This document shows, piece by piece, positions 38,568 through 48,212 of a stretch of DNA of 64,000 nt. A model generated the notes under the pieces. The model was not told the DNA's origin, made no database searches, and saw only the letters and a program-made list of their open reading frames with translations. Source of the DNA: Candidatus Micrarchaeota archaeon (GTDB lineage: Archaea; Micrarchaeota; Micrarchaeia; Norongarragalinales; SBBD01); NCBI GenBank assembly GCA_043806595.1, contig JAZDGU010000018.1, forward strand, positions 10,284 through 74,283. Direction: 5' to 3'. Made by a program: the position numbers and the translations under genes. Numbering within the stretch: position 1 is the stretch's first letter; the number at the start of each line of letters is the position of its first letter.

Positions 38568-39926
38568 ATGCACGCGCTGAACAAGTACGCCGAGTTTTCG
38601 GGCCACGGGGTCATCGATGCGATAAGAAGGGAGGCCGGCGACCTCGAGGGCAAGTCGTTCGTCCACGTCAACTCCACCTACTACGGGGGCGGGGTCGCGG
38701 AAATGCTCAACTCCTACGTCCCGATGCTCAACGACGCCGGCGTGAGCATGGACTGGCGACTTCTCAAGGGCAGCAAGGAATTCTTCTTCATAACCAAGAA
38801 GCTGCACAACGCGCTGCAGGGAAAGCGCGAGATGCCGTCCGCGGAGGAAATCGCGGCGTACGAGGAAACTGTGGCGACGAACGCGAAGTTCTCGAACCTG
38901 CGGATGTACGACTGCGTGATCATCGACGACCCCCAGCCAGCGCCGCTCGTAAACCATTTCCCGAGGAGCTCGCCGGCGCTTTGGAAGCCGCTTCCGCTGC
39001 TGCTCGAGCTCGAGGCCTTCCAGCGCAGGCAGCCGTGGGTGTGGCGCGCGCACATAGACATGAGCAATTCCTACCCTCCCGCGCTCGAACTCATGCGGAA
39101 ATACATTTCAAAATACGACGCGGCCATAGTGTCCCTCCCGTCGTACGCGAAAAATCTGGGAAAGCCGTTCTTCGTCATCCCGCCGGCAATCGACCCGCTA
39201 TCCGAGAAGAACAGGCCCATGACCCCCGATGACGCCGAGCGCCTGCTGGGCAGGTTTGGAGTCGATTGCAGGAAGCCGATCGTCGCCCAGATCTCGAGGT
39301 TCGACCCGTGGAAGGACCCGCTGGGCGTCATCGCCGCGTTCAAGTCGGTGCGGAAGAAGGCGAAATGCCAGCTGGTCATGCTCGGCAGCCATGCCGCAGA
39401 CGACCCCGAGAGCGAGACCGTCTTCCAGCAGGTATTCCGCATAGCCGAGAAGGAGAAGGACGTGGCCCTGCTCACCGTGCAGAGCGACATGCTGGTGAAC
39501 GCCCTACAGCGCAAGGCGAGCGTAATCGTGCAGAAGTCCGTGCGCGAGGGATTCGGGCTGACCGTCAGCGAGGCCCTGTGGAAGGGCACTCCCGTCGTGG
39601 CCTCGCGCGTGGGAGGCATCCCGCTGCAGGTCGACGACGGCCTCAACGGCTTCCTCGTCACCGGGACCAAACAGTGCGCGGACAGGATAAGCTACCTGCT
39701 GAAGAACCCGGCGACGGCGAAGGCGATGGGCGCCGCTGGCGCGGAAAAAGTGCGAAGGAACTTCCTCATGCCGCGGCTGGTCCTCGACGAGATCCGCATG
39801 CTGAAGAAGATGACCAAAGCGGGAAAGACCATACGCCCGCCAAAGGCGGTGGAAGCGTTCCTCGGTCTGCTAAAAAAGACCCCGCGCATCGTGCGCAGGG
39901 GGCTCAAGCTGCTCGCAAACGACTGA
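38568..39926 (+). CDS. treT: Trehalose glycosyl-transferring synthase TreT (GT4)
   Basis: HVNSTYYGGGVAE, TKKLHNALQG, DPQP, WRAHID, SRFDPWKDP, QKSVREGFGLTVSEALWK. Confidence 0.9.
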   Translation: MHALNKYAEFSGHGVIDAIRREAGDLEGKSFVHVNSTYYGGGVAEMLNSYVPMLNDAGVSMDWRLLKGSKEFFFITKKLHNALQGKREMPSAEEIAAYEETVATNAKFSNLRMYDCVIIDDPQPAPLVNHFPRSSPALWKPLPLLLELEAFQRRQPWVWRAHIDMSNSYPPALELMRKYISKYDAAIVSLPSYAKNLGKPFFVIPPAIDPLSEKNRPMTPDDAERLLGRFGVDCRKPIVAQISRFDPWKDPLGVIAAFKSVRKKAKCQLVMLGSHAADDPESETVFQQVFRIAEKEKDVALLTVQSDMLVNALQRKASVIVQKSVREGFGLTVSEALWKGTPVVASRVGGIPLQVDDGLNGFLVTGTKQCADRISYLLKNPATAKAMGAAGAEKVRRNFLMPRLVLDEIRMLKKMTKAGKTIRPPKAVEAFLGLLKKTPRIVRRGLKLLAND

Positions 39927-39957
39927 AGGCACAGGACGGATTGGTGCAGGAGCGGGT

Positions 39958-41262
39958 TCAGACTATGCGCGGCCTCTGCTTGGAGTACCGGCCCTGCTGC
40001 CCGGGCTGCGGCCGCCTGCCCTCTGGAGAGCCCGGAGCCGGGGAAGCCGGCTGGACGCCTGCGGGCTGCGGCTGGTTCTGCGGCTCGGGCGGCCGGGGGG
40101 AGGCGTAGACGCCGATGGTGGCGATGAGGTTCGTCGCAACGATGATGAGCAGCACGGCCTCGGCGAAATACGGAATCTGTATGCCTTGCGTCGCCGGGTA
40201 GGAAGCGAGAACCGCGGCGGCGAGGCCTCGGGGCAGCATGGTGGTGAGAACCAGCTTGTACTGCAAAAGCCTCCGGTCCAGCCGGACGGCCAACTCGACG
40301 CCGATGTAGCGCGCGGCGAGGACGGCCGCGAGCGCGACGAAGGCGATTACCCATGCGGCGGAAGGCAGGGAGAAGACGTTGAAGAGCGTTCCGAGGTAGA
40401 CGAAGAAGAACGTGCGCACGAAGAACGTGATCTCCGTCTGGAAGGCGCGGAACGTGTCATCCAGCTTGAAGTCCAGCGGTATCTTGAAGCGCTCGGCGAT
40501 GTTGGACGCGTTGCCGACGGCGAGGGCGAAGACGAGGACGGCGATCGCGCCGCTGGCCCTGACGGCCTCGACGAAGGAGTACAGCAGGAAGATGGCGGCA
40601 AGGGAGAGCATGTAGGCGTACGGCTTTTCGGCCAGCCGCCTCAGCACGGATATCCAAGCTACGGCGGCCACGAGCCCCAGAAAGGTCGCAATCGCAAACG
40701 CACCGATGAACGAGTTCAGGGCAACGGAGAGATTCACCGAGTTGTGGGCGACGATGTCGAGGAGGGAAACCGCGACGATGATGGAGAGCGCGTCGGTCAG
40801 GGCGGACTCTAGGGCGAGAACCGCCTTTACCGATTCCGCGATGCGCATCCGCGAGACGATGCCGAGGACTATGGATGAAGACGTTCCTCCGACGACCGCA
40901 CCCAACAGCAGGCCGTGCGCGAGCGGCCAGCCGAAGGCCGCGGCCATGAACGCGCCCATCGCAAGCACCGTCATGAAGAACGCGGCGAAAGTGAACGCGG
41001 TCGCACTGGAGAGTTCGTTGAGCACGCGGAAGAAGTCGAGGTTGATGCCGCCGTCGAACAGCAGGATTATCAGCGCTATCGTCCCGATGAACGGCGCGGC
41101 GGACGAGAACAGCGCCTCGTCGACGAGATGCAGCCCCGGGCCGACGAGGATGCCGAGGAGCATGAGCAGCAGCGCGTCGGAAATGCGCGTGCGCTCGAAC
41201 ACCGCCGAGGCGAGGAACCCGACGACTATGATGACGCCGATGAGGGTGAAAAGTTCGAGCAA
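39958..41262 (-). CDS. Na+(K+)/H+ antiporter (CPA1, NhaP-like)
   Basis: ILLFDGG, LESALTD, EITFFVRTFFFV, MLPRGLAAAVLA. Confidence 0.9.
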   Translation of the reverse strand: MLELFTLIGVIIVVGFLASAVFERTRISDALLLMLLGILVGPGLHLVDEALFSSAAPFIGTIALIILLFDGGINLDFFRVLNELSSATAFTFAAFFMTVLAMGAFMAAAFGWPLAHGLLLGAVVGGTSSSIVLGIVSRMRIAESVKAVLALESALTDALSIIVAVSLLDIVAHNSVNLSVALNSFIGAFAIATFLGLVAAVAWISVLRRLAEKPYAYMLSLAAIFLLYSFVEAVRASGAIAVLVFALAVGNASNIAERFKIPLDFKLDDTFRAFQTEITFFVRTFFFVYLGTLFNVFSLPSAAWVIAFVALAAVLAARYIGVELAVRLDRRLLQYKLVLTTMLPRGLAAAVLASYPATQGIQIPYFAEAVLLIIVATNLIATIGVYASPRPPEPQNQPQPAGVQPASPAPGSPEGRRPQPGQQGRYSKQRPRIV

Positions 41263-41319
41263 ATCATTGCACCTGCCATGCCGTTAGCCGCGCCGGGATT
41301 TTAAACGTTTCACTGAACT

Positions 41320-42261
41320 TCATCCTCCCCCGAGGAACTGGATAATGAAGAAAGCGAGGTAGCCGAAGATGAGGAGGAGGCCGTCGCGCTTCTGCAGGCC
41401 GCCGCGGATCACGATGAAATACAGGAGGACGATGTTGGCGATGACGGAGAAGACCACCAGCTGGACCGCCGGCGCGAAGGAAATCTGGGGGTTGATGACG
41501 AGCGCAGTGCCGAAGACGAGGGAAAGGTTCGTGATGGCGCTGCCGACGGCGTTGCCGATGGCCATGCTCTCGCGCCTCTTGAGCGCCGAGACCACGCTCA
41601 CGGAAAGCTCGGGAAGCGTCGTGCCGAGGGACACGATCGTGGCGCCGATGACGGTCTCCGCGACGCCCCACGTCTGGCTGAGCGCGATGGCGTTGTCGAC
41701 CGCGACCTGCGCCGCGACGATGACGAGCGCGATGAAGAAGCTGAACTTCGACAGCGGGGGCGCCAGAGAATGCAACGACGGGGGCGCGCGCTTGGCATCC
41801 GCACGCGCCCGGCCGCTGTGCACGAGGAGCCAGTAGACGTAGGCAAGGTAGACTAGGAGGAGCCCCGCGCCGGCAAGCCGGTTCGGGTTGTAGACCACCA
41901 TCAGCAGGGAGATCAGGCTCGTCGCAAGAAGCACCATCACGAGGTTCCCGGTCTCCTTGCGCTTGATGTGGACGACGCCGAGGAATGCCGCGACTCCGAC
42001 AACGAGGGAAACGTTGACGAGGTTGGCGCCGAAGACGTTTCCGACGGACAGGTCGGTGGCGCCGCGGAACGCCGCCGAGACCGACACCACCAGCTCGGGA
42101 AGCGAGGTGGCGGCCGAAAGGAGGATGAAGCCGATGGCGAGGTCGCTGACGCCCAGCTGGCGCGCCAGCAGGGCCGCGTAAGTAGTGGTCTTCTCGCCGG
42201 CCTTGAATATGACGACGACGCTGCCGGCAAGCAGGAGGAAAGGCAGAAACCACTCGTTCAA
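41320..42261 (-). CDS. Ca2+/Na+ antiporter (YrbG family)
   Basis: Alpha repeats ATSLPE...GNVFGAN and GTTLPE...GNAVGS. Confidence 0.92.
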   Translation of the reverse strand: MNEWFLPFLLLAGSVVVIFKAGEKTTTYAALLARQLGVSDLAIGFILLSAATSLPELVVSVSAAFRGATDLSVGNVFGANLVNVSLVVGVAAFLGVVHIKRKETGNLVMVLLATSLISLLMVVYNPNRLAGAGLLLVYLAYVYWLLVHSGRARADAKRAPPSLHSLAPPLSKFSFFIALVIVAAQVAVDNAIALSQTWGVAETVIGATIVSLGTTLPELSVSVVSALKRRESMAIGNAVGSAITNLSLVFGTALVINPQISFAPAVQLVVFSVIANIVLLYFIVIRGGLQKRDGLLLIFGYLAFFIIQFLGGG

Positions 42262-42327
42262 GGCAAATCAACCTTTAGGCGTTAGGCCGGAAGCTTATAA
42301 AAAACGGCGCTCTCTGCGGACGACGGG

Positions 42328-42822
42328 TCAGGCCGGCGGAACCCCGTCGGGCGATGCTGGTTCAAGCGGCTCGACAGCCGGAGGCTTGGGTTTGCGCAGG
42401 GAAGAGGAATAGTACACCGCGCCGTCGACGCTGTCGAGGATGATGCACGAGAAGCCGCCGGGCACGGAGAAGATGCGCCGCCAGTTGGCCTCCTCCTCGA
42501 CGCCGTCGCGGGAGAACACGCGGAGCAGGAGCGTATTGTCCTCCACGGCGCGCAGGTCCGCGCCGGCGCGCTTGCCGAGGCCGACGAGCAGGTCGAAGTC
42601 GATGCTCCAGTAGCGGTCGTGGTAGTCCGCCCACTGGAGGTAGAGGATGCGGGACTCCGGGCGGGCGTTGCGCGCGATGATGCTGCACGCGAGCCAAGAG
42701 AGCCAGCGCGCGCTCGGCGAGCGCAGGGTCAGGATGCCGCCGCTCACGCCGAGCAGCGCGTCAAGGTCCGGCCTGCCGGTCAGCAAGCGTTGCATGGTCG
42801 CGGTTTCCGCGGTCGAGAACAT
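42328..42822 (-). pseudogene. Inactivated RadA-like protein (iRadA), truncated and fused to a surface-protein tail
   Basis: LLTGRPDLDALLG RecA-fold start, no Walker A, IILDSV Walker-B-like motif, then abrupt switch to GAVYYSSSLRKPKPP. Confidence 0.6.
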
Positions 42823-43039
42823 CGAGGTCGCACCTCATGCGGGTCAGCATCACCAGGAGGATGGCGACGCCGATGTCCGCCTCGTCCGCGGCGTCGATGG
42901 CGGTGCGCCGGTTGCGCGCGCGGGAAAGAAGCGAGTCGAAGGCCTCGCGCTCGTGCGCCGGCAGGGAGTCGCGCAGGCCGCGCCAAGAGGCCAGCTTGGA
43001 GTCGAGCCTCGCCGTAACCGAAGGAATGCTCCTGCCCAT
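42761..43039 (-). CDS. Small helical protein of the PolB2-associated (arCOG07300-like) family
   Basis: MGRSIPS...W..LRDSL...EREAFDSL...AR...ILLVML pattern; adjacent to iRadA. Confidence 0.7.
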   Translation of the reverse strand: MGRSIPSVTARLDSKLASWRGLRDSLPAHEREAFDSLLSRARNRRTAIDAADEADIGVAILLVMLTRMRCDLDVLDRGNRDHATLADRQAGP

Positions 43040-43147
43040 ACGCCCCCAACCCCGTAGCAGGGAAGCGTTGGGGCGGGAGGGTAATAAGGCCGTTGCGGGA
43101 CCGCGTTTCCGGTGCGGTTAAAAAACTCCGCCGGGGACACTCTTTGC

Positions 43148-44215
43148 ATGGGCTTGCGCGAAAGGGAGCTGGAAATCCGCGGGAAGCTGCGGCCGTTTGT
43201 CGAGAGGTCACTGGGGGACAAGACTCCGCTGGACACCAGGCACCCGCACGCAAGGCCGATAATAATGGAGCTGAGGAGGGTGCGCGACGGGAATGGCGTG
43301 CCGTACGCGGGCCACGGCACGTTCCGCGGCTACCTCGAGAAAAGGTTCGGGTACATGGGCCACCACGGCCTGGCATATATGCACCCGAGGGAAGCCATCG
43401 ACTATGCGGAGAGGCTCGCGGCAATGATTCTGCCGAGGCAGGACCGCAGGAGGAGGAGGCAGCCGCTCAGGCCGGAGGACTGGAGGGTCTGGGATACTGC
43501 TAGAAGGATGCTGCACGAGCACGGATGGTTCGACTTCCAGGAGCTGGCAAGGAACCACGGGGACCTCACGCGCACCCAGCTCGTCTACATCGTGGGCAAG
43601 CTCCAGCTCGCGAAAGTACTGGGAAAGGCGCCAAAAAGGCGGAGCGCGAGGAGGACGAAAGACAAGAGGAAGGCGGACGAGAAGCACGAACTATATAGGA
43701 TGTACGAGCACCTCGTGCCCGAACTCGCGCGCCAGATTGCAAGGCGATACGGGGGCCTTTTGGAGAGGGACGAGATCGAGTCCTCTAACCGCATGGCGCT
43801 GCTGCGGACGGTAAGGAAGCTCGACAAGCGTGCAGCCGAGCTGAGGAAGGTGCAGTACATCCGGAGGGCGATGATCAACGCAGCAAGCAACCTCGCAAGG
43901 CATGCCGGAAGAGGCCGCGCGGACATGCATATCACCGGAAGAGACGGGGAGAATCTGCAGGAAGGGGGTTCCGCAAACGGCGCGGAAGATGTGACCCGGG
44001 GTCATGAGACGATGGAAGGAGTGCGGCAGCTGCTGGAGCTGCACCGCGCCGGAAGGATGACCGAGAACCACGTGCTGGCGCTGCTGCTGAACGGAAGGCA
44101 CGGCCTGCAGGCAACGCAGATCAGGGGGATACTCGGAGGGGTTGGCAAGTCGCAGGCGTGCAGGATATTGAAGGAGGCGAAGGAGAGGAGCAGGGTAGGG
44201 CCAAGGGGGTCCTGA
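43148..44215 (+). CDS. Basic protein with sigma-70 region 2-like and region 4-like domains
   Basis: LYRMYEHLVPELARQIARRY...DEIESSNRMALLRTVRKLD...YIRRAMINA; C-terminal GLQATQIRGILGGVGKSQACRILKEAKE HTH. Confidence 0.6.
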   Translation: MGLRERELEIRGKLRPFVERSLGDKTPLDTRHPHARPIIMELRRVRDGNGVPYAGHGTFRGYLEKRFGYMGHHGLAYMHPREAIDYAERLAAMILPRQDRRRRRQPLRPEDWRVWDTARRMLHEHGWFDFQELARNHGDLTRTQLVYIVGKLQLAKVLGKAPKRRSARRTKDKRKADEKHELYRMYEHLVPELARQIARRYGGLLERDEIESSNRMALLRTVRKLDKRAAELRKVQYIRRAMINAASNLARHAGRGRADMHITGRDGENLQEGGSANGAEDVTRGHETMEGVRQLLELHRAGRMTENHVLALLLNGRHGLQATQIRGILGGVGKSQACRILKEAKERSRVGPRGS

Positions 44216-44240
44216 AGCTACTGCGAACGCGGGGGAAGGC

Positions 44241-45155
44241 CTACCTCATGTGCAGCTCGAGGACGTCGCCGTCGCGGAGGACGTACGAGCCGGAGACGCG
44301 CTGGCCGGCGAACTTGCCGCCGCCCCACAGCTTCGCGAACTTGAAGTTCTTGAACATGTCCTTGTGGATGGCCTTGGCGACGTCGAGGACGGAAGAGCCG
44401 CGGCGGACGACGAACGGCTTCTGCATGTCGGTTTCGCCGTGCGGGTTCTTCGTGAACACGCGGATGATGTCGAGCTTCTCGACGAGGAGGCGCTTGAGCG
44501 CGAGGATGGAATCCGGGGAGGAGGCGTCGAAGACGAAAGCCGAGGAAAGCAGCCCGGCGGCGGGGTCCTTGAAGCCCGCGGAGAAGAAAGTCTGCTTGGA
44601 GATTACGGGCAGGGGAGAGGGCGCGTCCTTGAAGAACTCGAGCTGCCTGTCGAGGCCCTGCAGCGGGTCGAGGACGATGATGCAGAGGTCGGCGTTGCGC
44701 GCGACGCTGAAGAGGCGGGCCTTGTTGGCCGCCATCGCCGAGGGCAGGTCGAGGATTTGCAGCTGGACCTTCTCGAAGTCCATCATGCCCGGCGTCGTCT
44801 CCCGCGTCTCGAAGGGGACGGGCGTGCTCGAAAACTTGAGGCCGGTGAGGGCGTTGAACATCGCGGTCTTGCCCGCGTTGGGGAAGCCGAGGAGCGCGAC
44901 CTGCGCGGCGCCCTGGCTCTTGACGAAGTCGCCGGCGCCCTTCCTGCCGGCCTTCTTCTTGGCCTCGAGGATCTTTTGCTTCTTGAGCGCGGAAATCCTG
45001 TTGCGGATGTCCATGAGGATGGAGTGCGCGGACTTGTGCTTGGGGCAGAACTTGAGCATCTCCTGCAGCGCCTGCATCCTGTCCTCGTAGGTCTTGGCGG
45101 AGCGGTAGCGCTCCTCCGCGGCGTAATATTCCGGGCCTGCGTTAAGGGAAGCCAT
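44241..45155 (-). CDS. DRG/Obg-family GTPase with TGS domain
   Basis: PKHK, GFPNAGKT, QILDLP, IRVFTK, VAKAIH, FAKLWG, LRDGDVLELH. Confidence 0.9.
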   Translation of the reverse strand: MASLNAGPEYYAAEERYRSAKTYEDRMQALQEMLKFCPKHKSAHSILMDIRNRISALKKQKILEAKKKAGRKGAGDFVKSQGAAQVALLGFPNAGKTAMFNALTGLKFSSTPVPFETRETTPGMMDFEKVQLQILDLPSAMAANKARLFSVARNADLCIIVLDPLQGLDRQLEFFKDAPSPLPVISKQTFFSAGFKDPAAGLLSSAFVFDASSPDSILALKRLLVEKLDIIRVFTKNPHGETDMQKPFVVRRGSSVLDVAKAIHKDMFKNFKFAKLWGGGKFAGQRVSGSYVLRDGDVLELHMR

Positions 45156-45222
45156 TTGAACAGCCCACCTTTCCACTGCCTTTACCAGAATCCAATCCAA
45201 ACTCGTTGGTTGATGTCCGCAT

Positions 45223-46428
45223 TTAACCAGCACCGCTTGGCCATCTCCCGCTTGCGAGCAGGACGTAATATCCGAAGAGCACGTAGGGGATAGAGTATTT
45301 GTTGCGTGATTTCTTTACGAGGCACTCCTTTTCGATGAGGCGGTCAAGGTATGCACCGGCGTAGGGCGCGGATTTGCCGGTAAGTTCGGCTACCTCGCTG
45401 TTGGTGAATTCTGGAATCGCGGCCTTCCCCTCCGGCCATTCCTTGGAGCTTGCTTTCACTATCGTGTTCAGGACTTCTTTTTCTACGTCGCTGAGCAGGC
45501 TGAACCGCTTTTCGAAGAGGCCTCCGCCGGCCCTGGCAACGAGTTCCTGCTGGAAGAGTTCGATGAAGGCCGCGTCTATTGCCTTGTTGGCTTCGTTGGC
45601 GCGGTCGTAGAGCACGTCGCACATGGCGTTGACTGCGAAGGGGTTGCCGTCGCTGAGCACGTGGAGGGCTGCGACGGCGTCTTTGGATACGGATATTTTG
45701 CAGCGTTTTTCCATGAGTTCGCGCAGGAACGTCTCGGTTTCCTGCAGGGAAAGGGGTTTGAGTTCGGTTGGAGGGAAGTAGCGGCCTATGGGGGAGTGGA
45801 GTTCCTGGATCTTGCGGTAGACGCCCATTTTTCCGGAGAGCACGACGGCGTAATTGCATTGTTTGGCCTGCAGTTCCGAGAACGTGTTCCTCAGGAAGGA
45901 GAGCGCGCCGTCGATTTGTTCGAGGCGTTCAGCTTCGTCGATTTCAAGGATAAGGGCGGGCACTCCGGCTTCCTTCAGCTGTTTCCAGAGTTCTAGCAAG
46001 TCGTCGGAGAGGTTGAGTTCGGGCGAGGCAGTGGCTTCGGGCTTCTTGAGCGAGAGCTCAAGGCCTTGGTACTTGACTTCTATGCCCCGCAGGGCGTCCA
46101 GGAGCTTGTTCTTGGCGCTTTCCTTGAGCGAGAGGAGCCGCAGCTGCTTCTGCATGGCGTCGAGGATTGCCATGGAGAGGTAGCCCAGCGTTTTGACGCC
46201 GTCGTGCAGCGCAAGGCGCACCACTACCACGCGGTCTTTTTTGCGTGCTATGGAGGAGAATTCGTCCAAGAGCGCGCTTTTTCCGATGCCTCGGTCGCCG
46301 ATGACGGCCATGCAGCGTTGGTTGCCTCCGATGGTTTTCTCTATCAGGCGTTCGAACTCTTTTTTCTCGGCTTCCCTGCCAACGAAGTAGGCGGGCGGGG
46401 GCGTCAAGCGGAAGGGGCTGATTGCCAT
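45223..46428 (-). CDS. STAND-like AAA ATPase with C-terminal wHTH
   Basis: FVGREAE, GDRGIGKS, LEIDEAE, SDGNPF, YLDRLIEKECL. Confidence 0.85.
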   Translation of the reverse strand: MAISPFRLTPPPAYFVGREAEKKEFERLIEKTIGGNQRCMAVIGDRGIGKSALLDEFSSIARKKDRVVVVRLALHDGVKTLGYLSMAILDAMQKQLRLLSLKESAKNKLLDALRGIEVKYQGLELSLKKPEATASPELNLSDDLLELWKQLKEAGVPALILEIDEAERLEQIDGALSFLRNTFSELQAKQCNYAVVLSGKMGVYRKIQELHSPIGRYFPPTELKPLSLQETETFLRELMEKRCKISVSKDAVAALHVLSDGNPFAVNAMCDVLYDRANEANKAIDAAFIELFQQELVARAGGGLFEKRFSLLSDVEKEVLNTIVKASSKEWPEGKAAIPEFTNSEVAELTGKSAPYAGAYLDRLIEKECLVKKSRNKYSIPYVLFGYYVLLASGRWPSGAG

Positions 46429-46439
46429 GCAGGGATTTG

Positions 46440-46566
46440 AAATAAACGAAATTAAAAGCCTTTGTTTATTCTGTTTATTTGATGTTTTGACGGTTCGCAC
46501 CAAGCCGAACGTACAGGCTCGATAAGAGGCCAAATAAACAAAATTAAAAGCCCGCGTTTATCCTGT
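46440..46566. repeat. Imperfect 35-bp direct repeat of a promoter/operator unit
   Basis: AAATAAACGAAATTAAAAGCCTTTGTTTATTCTGT (46440-46474) vs AAATAAACAAAATTAAAAGCCCGCGTTTATCCTGT (46532-46566). Confidence 0.7.
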
Positions 46567-46703
46567 AGATATTCATAATTGCCGGCTATTACGCCAAGTG
46601 GGGGCGGGCGGGCGCCGGAAACGAGGCCGCGGAAGAGTTGTTCCCGGGAGCGAAGAAGGAAAAGGAGGCGCCGGGGAGGGAAAAAACGGCGTAAAAGACG
46701 ACC

Positions 46704-47555
46704 TCAGAGGGACAGACCGATTACCCCGGCAACGACTAAAAAGATTCCGATGTACTGGTTTGCCTCAAGACGCTCGCGGTAGAGGGAGCGCGCGAGCACG
46801 GCGACGACGAACGGGTGGCAGGCGGAAACCGCGGTGACGAGGGACGCGAGGGACAGCCTGAGGCCGTAGGCGTAGGAGAGGTTCGCTACGGAGAATAGGA
46901 GGCTCATGAGGAGCGCGGGAAGGAGCGAGGAGGCCTTGGGCTCCTGCCGGCGTCTCGACCGCCAGAAGAGATAATAGGCGGGAATGCCGCCGAGGAGGAG
47001 GAAGAAGTATGCGCCGGCGGGGCCGACGGACACGGAAATCGGCTTGAGGAGGGAATAGGCGACGCCGTATGCAAGGGCGGAGGCCAAGGCCATCTTTGCC
47101 CCGGCGACGGGCTTGTTGGAGGAAAGGCGCTTGCTCAGCTCCGACCACTTGAAGGAGATTAGGATGGTGCCTGCGATCACGACGCCGATGAGAAGGAACT
47201 GGAGGGCGGAAAGCGATTCGTGGAAGAACAGCACCGAGATTGCCACGACGGGCACGGCGAAGGACGCGGTGATGGGGCTTACGACGCTGACGTCGCCCTT
47301 GGAGAGCGCAAGGAAGTAGGCGACGTTCGCGGCGGTGAAGAATGCGAGGCTGACGAGTATCAACTGAAGGACTCCGGCGGAAGGGAGCGCGGGCGGGAAG
47401 AACGCGAACGCAACGAAATAAAAGAAAACGCCCGAGGCCGCGGAGAAAAGGAGGGTTGTGGCGGGACCTAACCTGCGCGTGACTCGGGAGCCGACGATGT
47501 CCGAGAGGGCCCAGCCGAGCGCGGCAAGCAGGCCGAAGAGGATGCCCAGGTCCAT
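46704..47555 (-). CDS. EamA/DMT transporter
   Basis: About 10 TMs, two EamA repeats (ALSKGDVSVVSPI, LFFHESLS, YRERLE). Confidence 0.88.
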   Translation of the reverse strand: MDLGILFGLLAALGWALSDIVGSRVTRRLGPATTLLFSAASGVFFYFVAFAFFPPALPSAGVLQLILVSLAFFTAANVAYFLALSKGDVSVVSPITASFAVPVVAISVLFFHESLSALQFLLIGVVIAGTILISFKWSELSKRLSSNKPVAGAKMALASALAYGVAYSLLKPISVSVGPAGAYFFLLLGGIPAYYLFWRSRRRQEPKASSLLPALLMSLLFSVANLSYAYGLRLSLASLVTAVSACHPFVVAVLARSLYRERLEANQYIGIFLVVAGVIGLSL

Positions 47556-47564
47556 GTCGGCAGA

Positions 47565-48212
47565 CTAAGCGCGCGCGGCTTTTATTACCACCACCTCCTC
47601 GAAGAAGAATCTGCGCGAGGCGGCGATTTCCGCGCAATAGCCGCGGGATTCGAGGAAGCGGACGGATTTTTCGAAGCGCGCGAGGCTGCTGTCCACGAGA
47701 AGCATGACGCCGTCCGCGGCAAGATGGCTGGGGAATTCTTTGAGAAAGCGGTCGGTGACTTTCCTGCCGGAGGGGCCGCCGTCGAGGGCGGAATTCAATG
47801 CGCCAGCAACCCTGTCAACGCGAGACGTCGGCAGGTACGGAGGGTTGAAGGCAATCGTATCAAATGGCTCGCCGCCGAGGCCGGAGAAGAGGTCGGACCG
47901 GATGAAGGAATTGGGAAGGGGAATGCGGTTGGAGGAGGCGTTGAACTGGGCGCAGGAAACGGCGAGCGGGCTGATGTCCGCAAAGGAGACGGAGGACACC
48001 TTCGGGGACCTCGAGGCGGTGATGCCCTGCATGCCCGTGCCGCAGCCGAGGTCGAGGAAGCGGCCGGAGGCGAGGCGCGCGACCGCGGAGGCGAGAAGCT
48101 CGGAGTCCTCGCGCGGGCCGTAGACGCCGGGAAAGACCGCGAGCGTGATGCCTGCGAAGTCAAGGGCGCCGATGGCGGACGCGTCGTCCCGCTTTGCTTC
48201 TTGGGAGTGCAT
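47565..48212 (-). CDS. HemK2/Mtq2-like N5-glutamine methyltransferase
   Basis: VYGPREDSELL, LDLGCGTG, FNPPYLP, DGG..GR. Confidence 0.88.
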   Translation of the reverse strand: MHSQEAKRDDASAIGALDFAGITLAVFPGVYGPREDSELLASAVARLASGRFLDLGCGTGMQGITASRSPKVSSVSFADISPLAVSCAQFNASSNRIPLPNSFIRSDLFSGLGGEPFDTIAFNPPYLPTSRVDRVAGALNSALDGGPSGRKVTDRFLKEFPSHLAADGVMLLVDSSLARFEKSVRFLESRGYCAEIAASRRFFFEEVVVIKAARA

